The notes under the pieces: generated by a model | Database searches by the model: none | Told to the model about the DNA's origin: nothing | Seen by the model: the letters and a program-made list of their open reading frames with translations, nothing else | Position numbers and translations under genes: made by a program | Shown: piece after piece, positions 40,891 through 50,943 of the stretch | How the letters are laid out: every line of letters begins with the position of its first letter | Position numbering within the stretch: the stretch's first letter is position 1 | Assembly: GCA_963665815.1 (NCBI GenBank) | Contig: OY762463.1 | Location: 1,472,001-1,536,000 of the forward strand | DNA length: 64,000 nucleotides | Direction: 5' to 3' | Source: Candidatus Cloacimonadales bacterium | GTDB taxonomy: Bacteria; Cloacimonadota; Cloacimonadia; Cloacimonadales; JAIOQZ01

Positions 40891-41600
40891 TGAAGAAGAA
40901 TTTAGTCCAATACATCATTGTGTTCCTGCTTTCCTTTATTGCAGCTAACATTGTGTTGTTCTTTTTGATAAGAAATAAAGTCAGAGATGCAAGAGAGAAT
41001 ATAGAGATAATTGCGGATTCACTCGGAGTAATCGACTCTCTTGCTGTCCTTGAGCAAGATTCAGTTTTTGTGCTGGGAGATAGAATCCCCGATAAGCTTG
41101 ATGAATACAGAAGATTAACAATACTAAAAGAAGAACTCGAAAAGTACTACGCATTTGAGAGCATGCAGAATATGTCCTTTGAAGATGCTGATTCTCTAGT
41201 TGAAAGACACACAAAGATAATAGAAAGCCTTATTGAGCGTCAGCAGGCATATATAAGCAAAATTGAAGATCTGAGAAAACTACTGTCTGAGAAGAATGTA
41301 AAAATAACTAGTCTTGAGGAAAAAATTTCCAAAATGGAAGAAAAATTTACTTCTCTTGAGTCAAATTACTCCAAAGAAAAAGAGCAGGCAGAAGAAACTG
41401 AGAAGCAAAATTCCATTAAATATCTCGCAGATACATACAGTACTATGGATGCAAAGAAAGTGGCTCAGCTTATGCTTCCGTTAACAGATGAAAAAATAAT
41501 AGAAATTCTGAGAAAAATGAATCAGAGAAAATCGGGGAAAGTACTCAGTTACCTACCTCCAAAACGATCCGCATCAATCGTTGCTCTGATGGCAGAATAA
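40890..41600 (+). CDS. MotE/FlbB-like flagellar protein (TM, coiled coil, MgtE N-terminal-like)
   Basis: 'LADTYSTMDAKKVAQLM...ILRKM..RKSGKVLS.L.PKRSA'; position between fliJ and fliK. Confidence 0.75.
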   Translation: MKKNLVQYIIVFLLSFIAANIVLFFLIRNKVRDARENIEIIADSLGVIDSLAVLEQDSVFVLGDRIPDKLDEYRRLTILKEELEKYYAFESMQNMSFEDADSLVERHTKIIESLIERQQAYISKIEDLRKLLSEKNVKITSLEEKISKMEEKFTSLESNYSKEKEQAEETEKQNSIKYLADTYSTMDAKKVAQLMLPLTDEKIIEILRKMNQRKSGKVLSYLPPKRSASIVALMAE

Positions 41601-41610
41601 GGAAAGAAAT

Positions 41611-44600
41611 ATGAAACAGCAAAATCCGGTTATCCTGTTTAACAACCTTGCAGCATCCATTGGCAAAAAAGGTCTGTTCAAGAATAACAAAAGCGGATTG
41701 AGCTCAAATTCACAACAATTTGCTTCCTTATTCAATCAATTGAAAAACAGTATCAATTCCGGATCATATTCTGACAAGAAATCAACTTCCGAAAATGTTA
41801 TCAGTAACCTGAAAGAATTGAATTTTATAACTGAATCCGGAAATGTGAATGAGAAATTGGTTTCCCTGCTGCCTATAGATAATACAGCAAAAGAGAAAAT
41901 ATCTCAGTATCTGCGTAAAATTGCTGATGCATTCAATGATACATCAATAACGAGAAATTTTAATTCTAACATCAGATCTCTGAGCTCATCCTACGCGCAG
42001 ATGAGCTCAGAATCTGTTCCCCAAAACACAACAGCCCGAACACTCAAAAATGCTTCGAGCAAATCCAAACAACATTCTGTTCATGAAACAGAAAGAAAAA
42101 GCACTTCAAGTGAAACCAAATCCGGGAAAACTGCTTCTGTTATTGTTGGTGATTCAGAAACTACTTTAACAAGAGTCAATAATGTTAATCCACAGATTAT
42201 AAATGATGCCATACTCCCGGAAGAAAAAGCAAAAAAGCATGTGACAGAAGAGAACAAATCTTCCATAATGGAGAACAGCTCTACTGAAAAATCAAAAAAT
42301 GCACCTTATTTCTCATTAACAAAATCAAAATCACAAAAAAAAGTTAATTCAAACATATCTTCAGATAGATTAAAGACCAGCATTGAAAAGCCTGTCTTTG
42401 AAAACAGTGAAAAAGCAAAAAACATAAAGGGATCAATATCAAAAGAGAGCAGTACACCGGAAAATGAAAAATTTGAAGATAAAAACATTGATACTGCTAA
42501 AAAATTAAGACCTGACAATAGCACTTTCCAGAAGAATTCTGTAACAAAAGAGAAATCTGTAAAAACTGAATCAACACAAAACAGAGACGAAATCAAAGAG
42601 CAGTTGAAATCCAATATTGGATTGAATAGTGGTACAAGGAAGAGTACTGAAACTATCGATAATAATTATGCAGCAGTATCAGATAAAGTGAATTCTGATC
42701 GTTCAAAATCATTTAATGCTAAAGCAAAAAAAGAATCTACTGTCAAAGCACAAGCTCCAAATTATCACATTGATGAAAGTGCGAATTCTACAAAAGTAAT
42801 ATCTGAAAACTACAATAAAACTTCAATTGATAAGCCAACCCAATCTGCAGTTACCGGAAAATCAACAGGAAATCCAAAATCATCGTCTAAATCATCAGTT
42901 ATCGAAAATTCTGAGACATTTAAAACAAAAGCTGCTTTTGAAACAAATAAGGCATCAAAAATTGTAGAGAATACCGTTGACTCTAAAACAAGTACAATTC
43001 TGAAAACTGAGGATGTTGCTGAAGATAAGGTTGAGCCCAAAAAGAAAGCTACCATTGAAAGAAATCGATATACAAGAAAGATTAAATCAAATAATCTAAC
43101 AAAAGCAAATCACAGAACTTCGGTTTCATCTTACTTGAAATCTAAGAGCACAAACAATCATAGCATAACAGTGGAGAACAGATCTACTGAGAATGTATAC
43201 ACAAGAATAATTTCGAAATCAGCTCTTTCACGAGTTCAGTTTAAGAATTCATCAGATAGAAATGTTAATCAATCAGAATCCTATTCCGGATATCTGAATT
43301 CAAGTTCGAAAGTTACAGTTTCAGACAATCATAATAAAACAAGGTTATCTAAAACGGTAGCTCCAAAGCAAAAGACTGAAAAGAATACTAACAGAGTTCC
43401 TGTAAAGACACTCAGACAAAAAGCTTCAGTCAAGTCTGAATTCATTGCAGAAGCCGATTCACATAGGCCATCTGAAAACTCAACAATCAGAAACTCAATT
43501 GTTAAAACAGTTCTGATGAGAAAGGCCAAAACTGCTTCTTATACCCAAAACACATCAAAATATGAGCTTGGAGCAAGAAAAACTGATCAACAGAATAAAA
43601 TTTTCACAGGAGCAACCCAGAGAGTTTTCTCAAATGTCAAAAATCTGTCAGGCAATACAACTTCAAAGTTAAGCAATGTTAATATGCAGGCAATATCAAA
43701 CGGAATTCAAAATAAACCTGACAATCAGAGTTTACAGAAAGAATCAACCGGAACAGTAAAATCCACATTTAGGCATGCAGAAAGAGAAGTTTCGAAACAT
43801 GATGAATCAACTCGCAAAACCAATTTTGTTCAGGAAAATTCACGTAGCAATTCAGAATCAAAAAATATTAATAATCCGGTAAATCAAAACATCAACATTG
43901 ATAGAAAAGATAATAAGAAGTCTTCTGCTGAAAAGATTACACAAGATTTCTCACTTAAACAAACAAATGCAGGAAAAACACATACCCTGAATAGAGAACC
44001 TGTAATCAGCAATGCAAAAGACTCGAATTATACTAAAGCCTTAAACACCGAGAACATTGAGATTAACACTAAACATAAAGGTGTAGATGCGCCTCAGAAC
44101 TTCAGCAAGGAAAGTAAATATAGTTTTGACGATTCTGAGGTAGTCTCTCCTTTAGAAAATAAAAAATCATTCACTGCAACCCCAAAAGCAACGTCCAATA
44201 CCACAATGATAGGTATTAACAAGCCACAACAGGAAAGAGCCGTTTCAAATCCTGAGACTTATACAAAATCGGAATATTCTTCAAAAGCTCAATCGATTAA
44301 GCATAACCAGGAACTCAAAGGCCAGATGTCCCAACCTGTTAACCCTAAGGTAATCAAAACAGAGACAGTTAAAAGTGCTGAAACACCAAAAAATTCAGAA
44401 CAAGCCAATGTTAAAGAAAACACTTCTGAACCAGTTGCTGTTAAGACTAACCATGCAAAGGAAAATATCAGCAATACCACAGCAGAAAGCAAGACTGCAC
44501 CCAAAACGGAAGTTTTGACAAAGCAAGAGACTATAAAAAACAACACAGAGGTTAAAACAGAACAACCTAAAACTCAGAATGTTAAGGTTGTAAAAACTGA

Positions 44601-47280
44601 AACAGCAAAGTTTGTTGAGACTCCAAAGAATTCAGAACAAGTTAATGTTAAAGAAAACACATCTGAACCGGTTGCTGTTAAGACTAACTATGCAAAGGAA
44701 AATATCAGCAATACCACAGCAGAAAGCAAGACTGCACCAAAACCGGTAGTTTTGACAAAGCAAGAGACTATAAAAAACAACACTGAGGTTAAAACAGAAC
44801 AAATTCAAACTCAGAATGTTAAAGCTGTAAAAACAGAGACAGTTAAAAGTGTTGAGACTCCAAAGAATACAGAACAAGCCAATGTTAAAGAAAACACTTC
44901 TGAACCAGTTGCTGTTAAGAGTGAACTTATAAACGAAAAAGTTAGCAATACTACAGCAGAAAGCAAGACTGCACCAAAAACGGAAGTTTTGACAAAGCAA
45001 GAGACTATAAAAAACAACACTGAGATTAAAACAGAACAAATTCAAACTCAGGATGTTAAGGTTGTAAAAACTGAAACAGCAAAGTTTGTTGAGACCCCAA
45101 AGAATACAGAACAAGCCAATGTTAAAGAAAACACTTCTGAACCAGTTGCTGTTAAGACTAACCCCGAAAAGGAAAATGTCAGCAATACCACAGAAGAAAG
45201 CAAGACTGCGCCAAAAACGGAAGTTTTGACAAAGCAAGAGACTATAAAAAACAACACAGAGGTTAAAACAGAACAACCTCAAACTCAGAATGTTAAAGCT
45301 GTAAAAACAGAGACAGTTAAAAGTGTTGAGACTCCAAAGAATACAGAACAAGCCAATGTTAAAGAAAACACTTCTGAACCAGTTGCTGTTAAGAGTGAAC
45401 TTATAAACGAAAAAGTTAGCAATACTACAGCAGAAAGCAAGACTGCACCAAAAACGGAAGTTTTGACAAAGCAAGAGACTATAAAAAACAACACTGAGAT
45501 TAAAACAGAACAACCTCAAACTCAGAATGTTAAGGTTGTGAAAACTGAAACAGCAAAGTTTGTTGAAACTCCAAAGAATTCAGAACAAGCTAATTTTAAA
45601 GAAAATACATCTGAATCTGTTGTTGTTAAGAATAACCATGCAAATGAAAAGTTCAGCAATACCACAGCAGCCAACAAGACTGCACCAAAACCTGAAGTAT
45701 TAACAGAACAGGAAACTATTAGAAACAACACCGAGGTTAAGGCAGAACAACCTAAAACTCAGAATGTTAAAGCTGTAAAAACTGAAACAGCACAGTTTGT
45801 CGAGACTCCAAAGAATTCAGAACAAGCCAATGTTAAAGAAAACACTTCTGAATCTGTTATTGTTAAGAGTAACAATGTAAATGAAAAGCTCAGCAATACT
45901 ACAGCAGAAAGCAAGACTGCTCCAAAACCGGAAGTATTATCAAAACAAGAGACTATAAAAAACAACACTGAGATTAAAACAGAACAACCTCAAACTCAGG
46001 ATGTTAAAGCTGTAAAAACTGAAACAGCACAGTTTGTTGAGACCACAAAGAATACAGGACAAGCTAATGTTAAAGAAAATACTTCTGAACCGGTTGCTGT
46101 TAAGAGTAAACTTGTAAATGAAAAGATTGTTAATACCACAGCAGAAAGCAAGACTGCACCAAAGCAGAAAGTTATAGCAACACAAGAGACAATTAAGAAT
46201 AACACTGAGATCAAAACAGAAAAATCAGAAGAAGTTTCACTAAAAAATGAAGCTGCGATAAGTGATAGAAAGCCGGAATCTGATAAAGATTTTCAGGAGA
46301 GTGTAATGGTTGATAAAAAAGCAGATAATGGATATTCTCTAAAAGCTAATTCAGAGGAAAAGGCAGTTAGTAAAGCTAATCCAGAAAAAAACAATCATGA
46401 AACTACTGTTCAAGAGAAGTATACACATAAAGATTACGAAGCCATTTCTGATAAAAGACTTTTTTATAACATCCGTAATTCATTCCATAAGAGTAATCCA
46501 ACTGAAGAAAAGGCAAACAGAACAATTTTGAAATTGGATGATGAAGAATCTATTACAAAATTCCTTAACAGTATCAAGATGCCTGATCTTGAGAAACTGC
46601 ATGCTCAGAAAACTCAGAATACAGAACCGACACAAAATAATTACGTCAGACGCCCTGAAGCAAAAAACGAATCTATGAATAACTCTTCAGACAATAAAAA
46701 TGAAAACTACAATGGCAGACAGGGTAATTCCGAAAATTTCAGTAAAAATGAAAATGAAGTTTTCAGAGCTACTCTTCAGGATCAGCAGTTTGACACAGCA
46801 TACAGCTCAGCTGCAGCAAAGTCACAAACCACAGTTCCATCATACAATGGAACATCAATAAATCAGATATATGACAAAATTTTTAATGAACTGAAATCTT
46901 TCGAAATTAATAGTAAATCATCATTATTTAAAGAAGCAGACTTTAAATTACGCACTGATGATTTTGGTGAAATCACAGCAAATCTCGTAAAAGAAAACAA
47001 TAACCTGCAGGTGACAATTTCAGTCAAAAACGAAGCTCATTTACAAACACTTAGAGATCAACTCTCTGATATGAACAAGTCACTCGAAAAACTGGGATTT
47101 GATGAAGTTGAAGTAAACTACAGGTTCGACAACGAAGAACATCACAATCAACACTCGCATAACAGACAAAGAAATATCTTAAACAGGCAGAATGCTTTCC
47201 ACACACTTAAAGAGGAAAGTGATACTCAACAATTAATGTCAATGAAACGTGAAAATACAACGATCGAATACATAATTTAA
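41611..47280 (+). CDS. fliK: Flagellar hook-length control protein FliK, very long (1889 aa)
   Basis: Directly precedes flgD; low-complexity S/T/K/E/N body; C-terminal T3S4-like 'FKLRTDDFGEITANL...LQVTI...LEKLGF'. Confidence 0.75.
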   Translation: MKQQNPVILFNNLAASIGKKGLFKNNKSGLSSNSQQFASLFNQLKNSINSGSYSDKKSTSENVISNLKELNFITESGNVNEKLVSLLPIDNTAKEKISQYLRKIADAFNDTSITRNFNSNIRSLSSSYAQMSSESVPQNTTARTLKNASSKSKQHSVHETERKSTSSETKSGKTASVIVGDSETTLTRVNNVNPQIINDAILPEEKAKKHVTEENKSSIMENSSTEKSKNAPYFSLTKSKSQKKVNSNISSDRLKTSIEKPVFENSEKAKNIKGSISKESSTPENEKFEDKNIDTAKKLRPDNSTFQKNSVTKEKSVKTESTQNRDEIKEQLKSNIGLNSGTRKSTETIDNNYAAVSDKVNSDRSKSFNAKAKKESTVKAQAPNYHIDESANSTKVISENYNKTSIDKPTQSAVTGKSTGNPKSSSKSSVIENSETFKTKAAFETNKASKIVENTVDSKTSTILKTEDVAEDKVEPKKKATIERNRYTRKIKSNNLTKANHRTSVSSYLKSKSTNNHSITVENRSTENVYTRIISKSALSRVQFKNSSDRNVNQSESYSGYLNSSSKVTVSDNHNKTRLSKTVAPKQKTEKNTNRVPVKTLRQKASVKSEFIAEADSHRPSENSTIRNSIVKTVLMRKAKTASYTQNTSKYELGARKTDQQNKIFTGATQRVFSNVKNLSGNTTSKLSNVNMQAISNGIQNKPDNQSLQKESTGTVKSTFRHAEREVSKHDESTRKTNFVQENSRSNSESKNINNPVNQNINIDRKDNKKSSAEKITQDFSLKQTNAGKTHTLNREPVISNAKDSNYTKALNTENIEINTKHKGVDAPQNFSKESKYSFDDSEVVSPLENKKSFTATPKATSNTTMIGINKPQQERAVSNPETYTKSEYSSKAQSIKHNQELKGQMSQPVNPKVIKTETVKSAETPKNSEQANVKENTSEPVAVKTNHAKENISNTTAESKTAPKTEVLTKQETIKNNTEVKTEQPKTQNVKVVKTETAKFVETPKNSEQVNVKENTSEPVAVKTNYAKENISNTTAESKTAPKPVVLTKQETIKNNTEVKTEQIQTQNVKAVKTETVKSVETPKNTEQANVKENTSEPVAVKSELINEKVSNTTAESKTAPKTEVLTKQETIKNNTEIKTEQIQTQDVKVVKTETAKFVETPKNTEQANVKENTSEPVAVKTNPEKENVSNTTEESKTAPKTEVLTKQETIKNNTEVKTEQPQTQNVKAVKTETVKSVETPKNTEQANVKENTSEPVAVKSELINEKVSNTTAESKTAPKTEVLTKQETIKNNTEIKTEQPQTQNVKVVKTETAKFVETPKNSEQANFKENTSESVVVKNNHANEKFSNTTAANKTAPKPEVLTEQETIRNNTEVKAEQPKTQNVKAVKTETAQFVETPKNSEQANVKENTSESVIVKSNNVNEKLSNTTAESKTAPKPEVLSKQETIKNNTEIKTEQPQTQDVKAVKTETAQFVETTKNTGQANVKENTSEPVAVKSKLVNEKIVNTTAESKTAPKQKVIATQETIKNNTEIKTEKSEEVSLKNEAAISDRKPESDKDFQESVMVDKKADNGYSLKANSEEKAVSKANPEKNNHETTVQEKYTHKDYEAISDKRLFYNIRNSFHKSNPTEEKANRTILKLDDEESITKFLNSIKMPDLEKLHAQKTQNTEPTQNNYVRRPEAKNESMNNSSDNKNENYNGRQGNSENFSKNENEVFRATLQDQQFDTAYSSAAAKSQTTVPSYNGTSINQIYDKIFNELKSFEINSKSSLFKEADFKLRTDDFGEITANLVKENNNLQVTISVKNEAHLQTLRDQLSDMNKSLEKLGFDEVEVNYRFDNEEHHNQHSHNRQRNILNRQNAFHTLKEESDTQQLMSMKRENTTIEYII
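44350..46220 (+). repeat. About 8 in-frame tandem repeats of 237 nt (79 aa) in fliK
   Basis: Unit marker gttaaagaaaacac at 44410, 44647, 44884, 45121, 45358, 45595 (variant), 45832 and 46069 (variant). Confidence 0.95.
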
Positions 47281-47294
47281 GATCGGAGGAAATA

Positions 47295-47954
47295 ATGGAT
47301 ATAGTTGGTATTACTACAGCAACATCAAACGCCTATAAGACAGATGTCATAGACGACGGATCTATGGCTAAAGATGACTTTCTGCAATTGATGATAGCAC
47401 AAATGAAATATCAGGATCCGCTTGAACCAATGAGCAATACGGATATGTCATCACAGCTTGCACAGTTCAGTTCACTTGAGTCTCTGAACAACATCTATGA
47501 TACAATGACAGATAACGTATTACTTACTCAATCTCTGAATAACTCATACATGACATCCCTTATAGGCAAGAACGTGAAAGCTTACGGGAACACAGTTGAT
47601 TATCAGGGAGAGAAAACGGAAATTTCCTATAATCTCTCAGCAACGTCAAATGTAACAGTTAATGTATACGACGAAGACGGTGATCTTGTAACAACAATCA
47701 ATCCTTACAACCAGAGAGCCGGTGACAACACCATAACCTGGGATGGCACTGATTCTAATGGTGAGCAGGTTGATAATGGGATTTACACTTTCGAAGTAGT
47801 TGCAACTGATTCCGAAGGCAACACAGTTACTGCAGACGGTTATGTTAACGGATACATTGAAGGTATAACTTACGAATCCGGTTCTCCATTCCTTGTTGTT
47901 CATGGAACAAGCCTTGGACTTGGAGCTGTAATTTCCATTCTGGATGGAGAGTGA
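47295..47954 (+). CDS. flgD: Flagellar hook capping protein
   Basis: 'DDFLQLMIAQMKYQDPLEPM...QLAQFSSLE'. Confidence 0.95.
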   Translation: MDIVGITTATSNAYKTDVIDDGSMAKDDFLQLMIAQMKYQDPLEPMSNTDMSSQLAQFSSLESLNNIYDTMTDNVLLTQSLNNSYMTSLIGKNVKAYGNTVDYQGEKTEISYNLSATSNVTVNVYDEDGDLVTTINPYNQRAGDNTITWDGTDSNGEQVDNGIYTFEVVATDSEGNTVTADGYVNGYIEGITYESGSPFLVVHGTSLGLGAVISILDGE

Positions 47955-47961
47955 GGAAGCA

Positions 47962-48339
47962 ATGATTAACAGAGTTTTCCAGAATCCTCCTATACCAATT
48001 GGAAATGAGCAGAACAAAATAAACAGGACTGCTGATCCAAGGATTCAGAGTAATCCATTCCGAGATATTTTACAGGAAAAACTGAACACTAACAAACTGT
48101 CTTTCTCAGCCCATGCGACCCAGCGTATGAATCAGAGAAACATAGATTTAGACAGTTCAGAATTACAGAGATTAGAAGAGGCAGTTGATAAACTCGCCAG
48201 TAAAGGCGGTAAAGAATCACTGATAACAATGGATAACGTCGCATATGTTGTAAATGTTACTAACCGAACAGTTATTACAGCAGTAGATAAACCAAACGAG
48301 AATGTTTTCACCAATATAGACAGTGCAGCTTTTGCATAA
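47962..48339 (+). CDS. TIGR02530 family flagellar operon protein
   Basis: 'FSAHATQRMNQRNI...KGGKESL...NRTVITA...VFTNIDSA'. Confidence 0.9.
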   Translation: MINRVFQNPPIPIGNEQNKINRTADPRIQSNPFRDILQEKLNTNKLSFSAHATQRMNQRNIDLDSSELQRLEEAVDKLASKGGKESLITMDNVAYVVNVTNRTVITAVDKPNENVFTNIDSAAFA

Positions 48340-48426
48340 ATAATAAAAAAACGGGCTGGACCTCACGGAGGAGGCCCTTGTCAGCACTGACTGATTGATG
48401 TGCTGAACCTATACAAGGAGTAAAAA

Positions 48427-50490
48427 ATGTTAAGATCATTATACGCAGGAATATCTGGAATCACAGGCCAACAAGCATTCATGGATGTAATCTCCAATAA
48501 TATTGCAAACGTAAACACAACAGGATACAAAGCAGGAAGAATCACATTTGCAGATACATTATCAGAAACAATCGCTGATGCACGTGGATCACTTGGTAAC
48601 TTTGGTGGTGTTAATCCCATCCAGATAGGATTAGGAACAAAAATAAACAGTATAGATACAAACTTCAAACAAGGAAGTATGGAAGCCACAGGAATGACTA
48701 CTGACCTCGCTATCAATGGTAACGATTTCTTTATCGTTTCTGACGGTTCAAACAGATACTTTACAAGATCAGGTGCATTCCAGGTAGACAATAACGGTTA
48801 TCTTCTCGGACCTGGTGGATCAACATTCGTACAAGGTCGTATGGCTGATGAAGATGGACAACTGACATCATCCACAGCAGTAGAAAACATCCAACTTCCA
48901 TTCGGAAAGAAAGATCCGGCTAAAGCAACAGAAAATGTTTCACTTTATTGTAACCTTGATCAAACTGCTGCTAAATTTGAAGAGTGGCTCGGTGAAAGAA
49001 AACTTGAAACTAAAGATGGAACTGATATTTCAACATCAACATCACTGGCAAACATCGAAGGGTTCGAAATTGTTGACGGTGATACAATAGAAATCAATGG
49101 AACAGACAGAGATGGTGCAGCATTAACCGGAAACTTCACTTACGGTCTGGCTAATGACGGAATCACACTTGGTGAACTTCTGGCTACAATCAACACGACA
49201 TTCTCTTCCGGTACAGACGATGGTGCATCAATTAAGCTTGATGAAAACGGCTTCCTCAGATTCAAAGCAAATCAAGCAGGAGAAAATGATTTCTCAATAG
49301 CTATTGTTCCTCCGGATACTGTAGATGCTGTTTATGAAACACATACAACTTCAGCTGTATTCCAGACTAGTGGTGTTGCTACTCAAGCAACCGATGACCT
49401 TACAAACATCGATGGTGTTGGAGGTACAGGTGGTGGTGGTGAACTTGTTGCAGGTGATACTTTCACAATTTCCGGAACTAACGCTGCAGGAGCTGTTGTT
49501 AATGCTACATTCACTTATGGTGCGGCAAATGACGGTACAACAATGCAGGATCTGGTTTCATTCATCAGTTCTCAGTTTGCTGGATCTACCGCATCACTCG
49601 ACACTAATGGTAACATAGTTCTTACTGATGACTCCCCTGGTGTAAGCGCAACCACATTTGCCATCACAGATGGTACAGGAACAGGTTTCACAAGAGCTAC
49701 TTCAGCAGTAGAGGGTAGAGATACAACTAACGTAATCATTCCTTCATTTGCCCAGGAAGTTGTTGGAGCAACAGGTAAGCACACTACTACTATCACAGTA
49801 TATGACAGTCAGGGTGATACTCATGAACTCGAATTCGAATTCCTTCAGGATCCAACTCCGGGAAGTAACCTCTGGACATGGAGCATCAGTATCGACGAAG
49901 GTGATATTGTTCCTACTGAAGGTTCAACAGGAACAGTTGAATTCAACGCTGACGGTTCAATGAAAGAATTTGCTTATGACAACAACGCAGAAGCACTCAG
50001 ATTCAGCAGTACAGGTATTAAAGAAATGGTAATTGATTTCAACGCCGGTACATCAGGTGGATTTGATGGTATCACACAATTCTCATCAGCAAGCACAACA
50101 ATTGCAATTGAGCAGGACGGATACTCACTTGGAGTTCTTGACAGTATCTCTGTAGATGATCAGGGTATTGTAAACGGATTCTATTCAAACGGACAAAGCC
50201 GTACACTTGCACAAATTGCTCTTGCTAATTTCACAAACCGTGGTGGTTTGAAAAAAGAAGGAAGCAGTCTTTTCTCAGCTAATACAGCCTCAGGTAATCC
50301 GATCATCAGCTGGGCAGGATCAAACACATCTTCACAAATTCAGGCAGGATATCTTGAATCATCTAATGTTGACCTGACAAATGAGCTTTCTCAAATGATT
50401 ATAGCTCAAAGAGGTATTCAGGCAAATTCAAAAGTAATATCAACATCAGACACAATCCTGACAACAATAATCGATAGAATGAAGAGATAA
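48427..50490 (+). CDS. flgE: Flagellar hook protein with large insertions
   Basis: 'DVISNNIANVNTTGYK', 'DLAINGNDFF', 'LESSNVDL..E...MIIAQRG.QANSKVI'. Confidence 0.93.
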   Translation: MLRSLYAGISGITGQQAFMDVISNNIANVNTTGYKAGRITFADTLSETIADARGSLGNFGGVNPIQIGLGTKINSIDTNFKQGSMEATGMTTDLAINGNDFFIVSDGSNRYFTRSGAFQVDNNGYLLGPGGSTFVQGRMADEDGQLTSSTAVENIQLPFGKKDPAKATENVSLYCNLDQTAAKFEEWLGERKLETKDGTDISTSTSLANIEGFEIVDGDTIEINGTDRDGAALTGNFTYGLANDGITLGELLATINTTFSSGTDDGASIKLDENGFLRFKANQAGENDFSIAIVPPDTVDAVYETHTTSAVFQTSGVATQATDDLTNIDGVGGTGGGGELVAGDTFTISGTNAAGAVVNATFTYGAANDGTTMQDLVSFISSQFAGSTASLDTNGNIVLTDDSPGVSATTFAITDGTGTGFTRATSAVEGRDTTNVIIPSFAQEVVGATGKHTTTITVYDSQGDTHELEFEFLQDPTPGSNLWTWSISIDEGDIVPTEGSTGTVEFNADGSMKEFAYDNNAEALRFSSTGIKEMVIDFNAGTSGGFDGITQFSSASTTIAIEQDGYSLGVLDSISVDDQGIVNGFYSNGQSRTLAQIALANFTNRGGLKKEGSSLFSANTASGNPIISWAGSNTSSQIQAGYLESSNVDLTNELSQMIIAQRGIQANSKVISTSDTILTTIIDRMKR

Positions 50491-50514
50491 TAAATAGTCT
50501 CTGAAAATATTAAA

Positions 50515-50544
50515 CAGGTGAAGCAGGTTTTCCTGCTTTGCCTG
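50515..50544 (+). terminator. Hairpin after flgE
   Basis: caggtgaagcagg-tttt-cctgctttgcctg, 13 bp including G-U pairs; weak U-tract. Confidence 0.6.
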
Positions 50545-50729
50545 GCTTATTCAAAGCAGATAAAAGCAATAATATGCTTCAGATCGATCATTCAAAAATG
50601 CATAGCGTGATTTGTCCTGATAAGCTGAAAAAACAGTCTCAAAAAAAATCTGAAGAATTATCTGGTACAAAAAATGAATGTTTGTTGACTTTATTCTCAT
50701 CATTAATTGTCTTGACAAGGAGATATTAA

Positions 50730-50933
50730 ATGGTTAGATTAACAAAAATAAACAAAAAAGAAATCTACATTAATGCAGATTTAATGGAATTCATTGAATC
50801 TACGCCAGATACGCTGATTACACTGACAACCGGAAAGAAAATTCTGGTGTCTGAATCCGTTGATGAAGTTATAGAAGGAATCATTGAATTCAGAAGACGC
50901 ATTATGAACCCCGATAATCTGAAAAAGAAATAA
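50730..50933 (+). CDS. flbD: Flagellar FlbD family protein
   Basis: 'INADLMEFIESTPDTLITLTTGKKILVSES'. Confidence 0.92.
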   Translation: MVRLTKINKKEIYINADLMEFIESTPDTLITLTTGKKILVSESVDEVIEGIIEFRRRIMNPDNLKKK

Positions 50934-50943
50934 AGGATTTTAT

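Noticed and set aside
44289-46214. Repeated minus-strand ORFs, including a 295-aa one
   Set aside because: Antisense shadows of the fliK tandem repeat.
50538-50729. 63-aa ORF and a possible second sigma54 site (TGGTAC-N5-ATGAA at 50663)
   Set aside because: The ORF starts inside a hairpin without an RBS, and the -12 GC is missing, so the promoter is unsupported.
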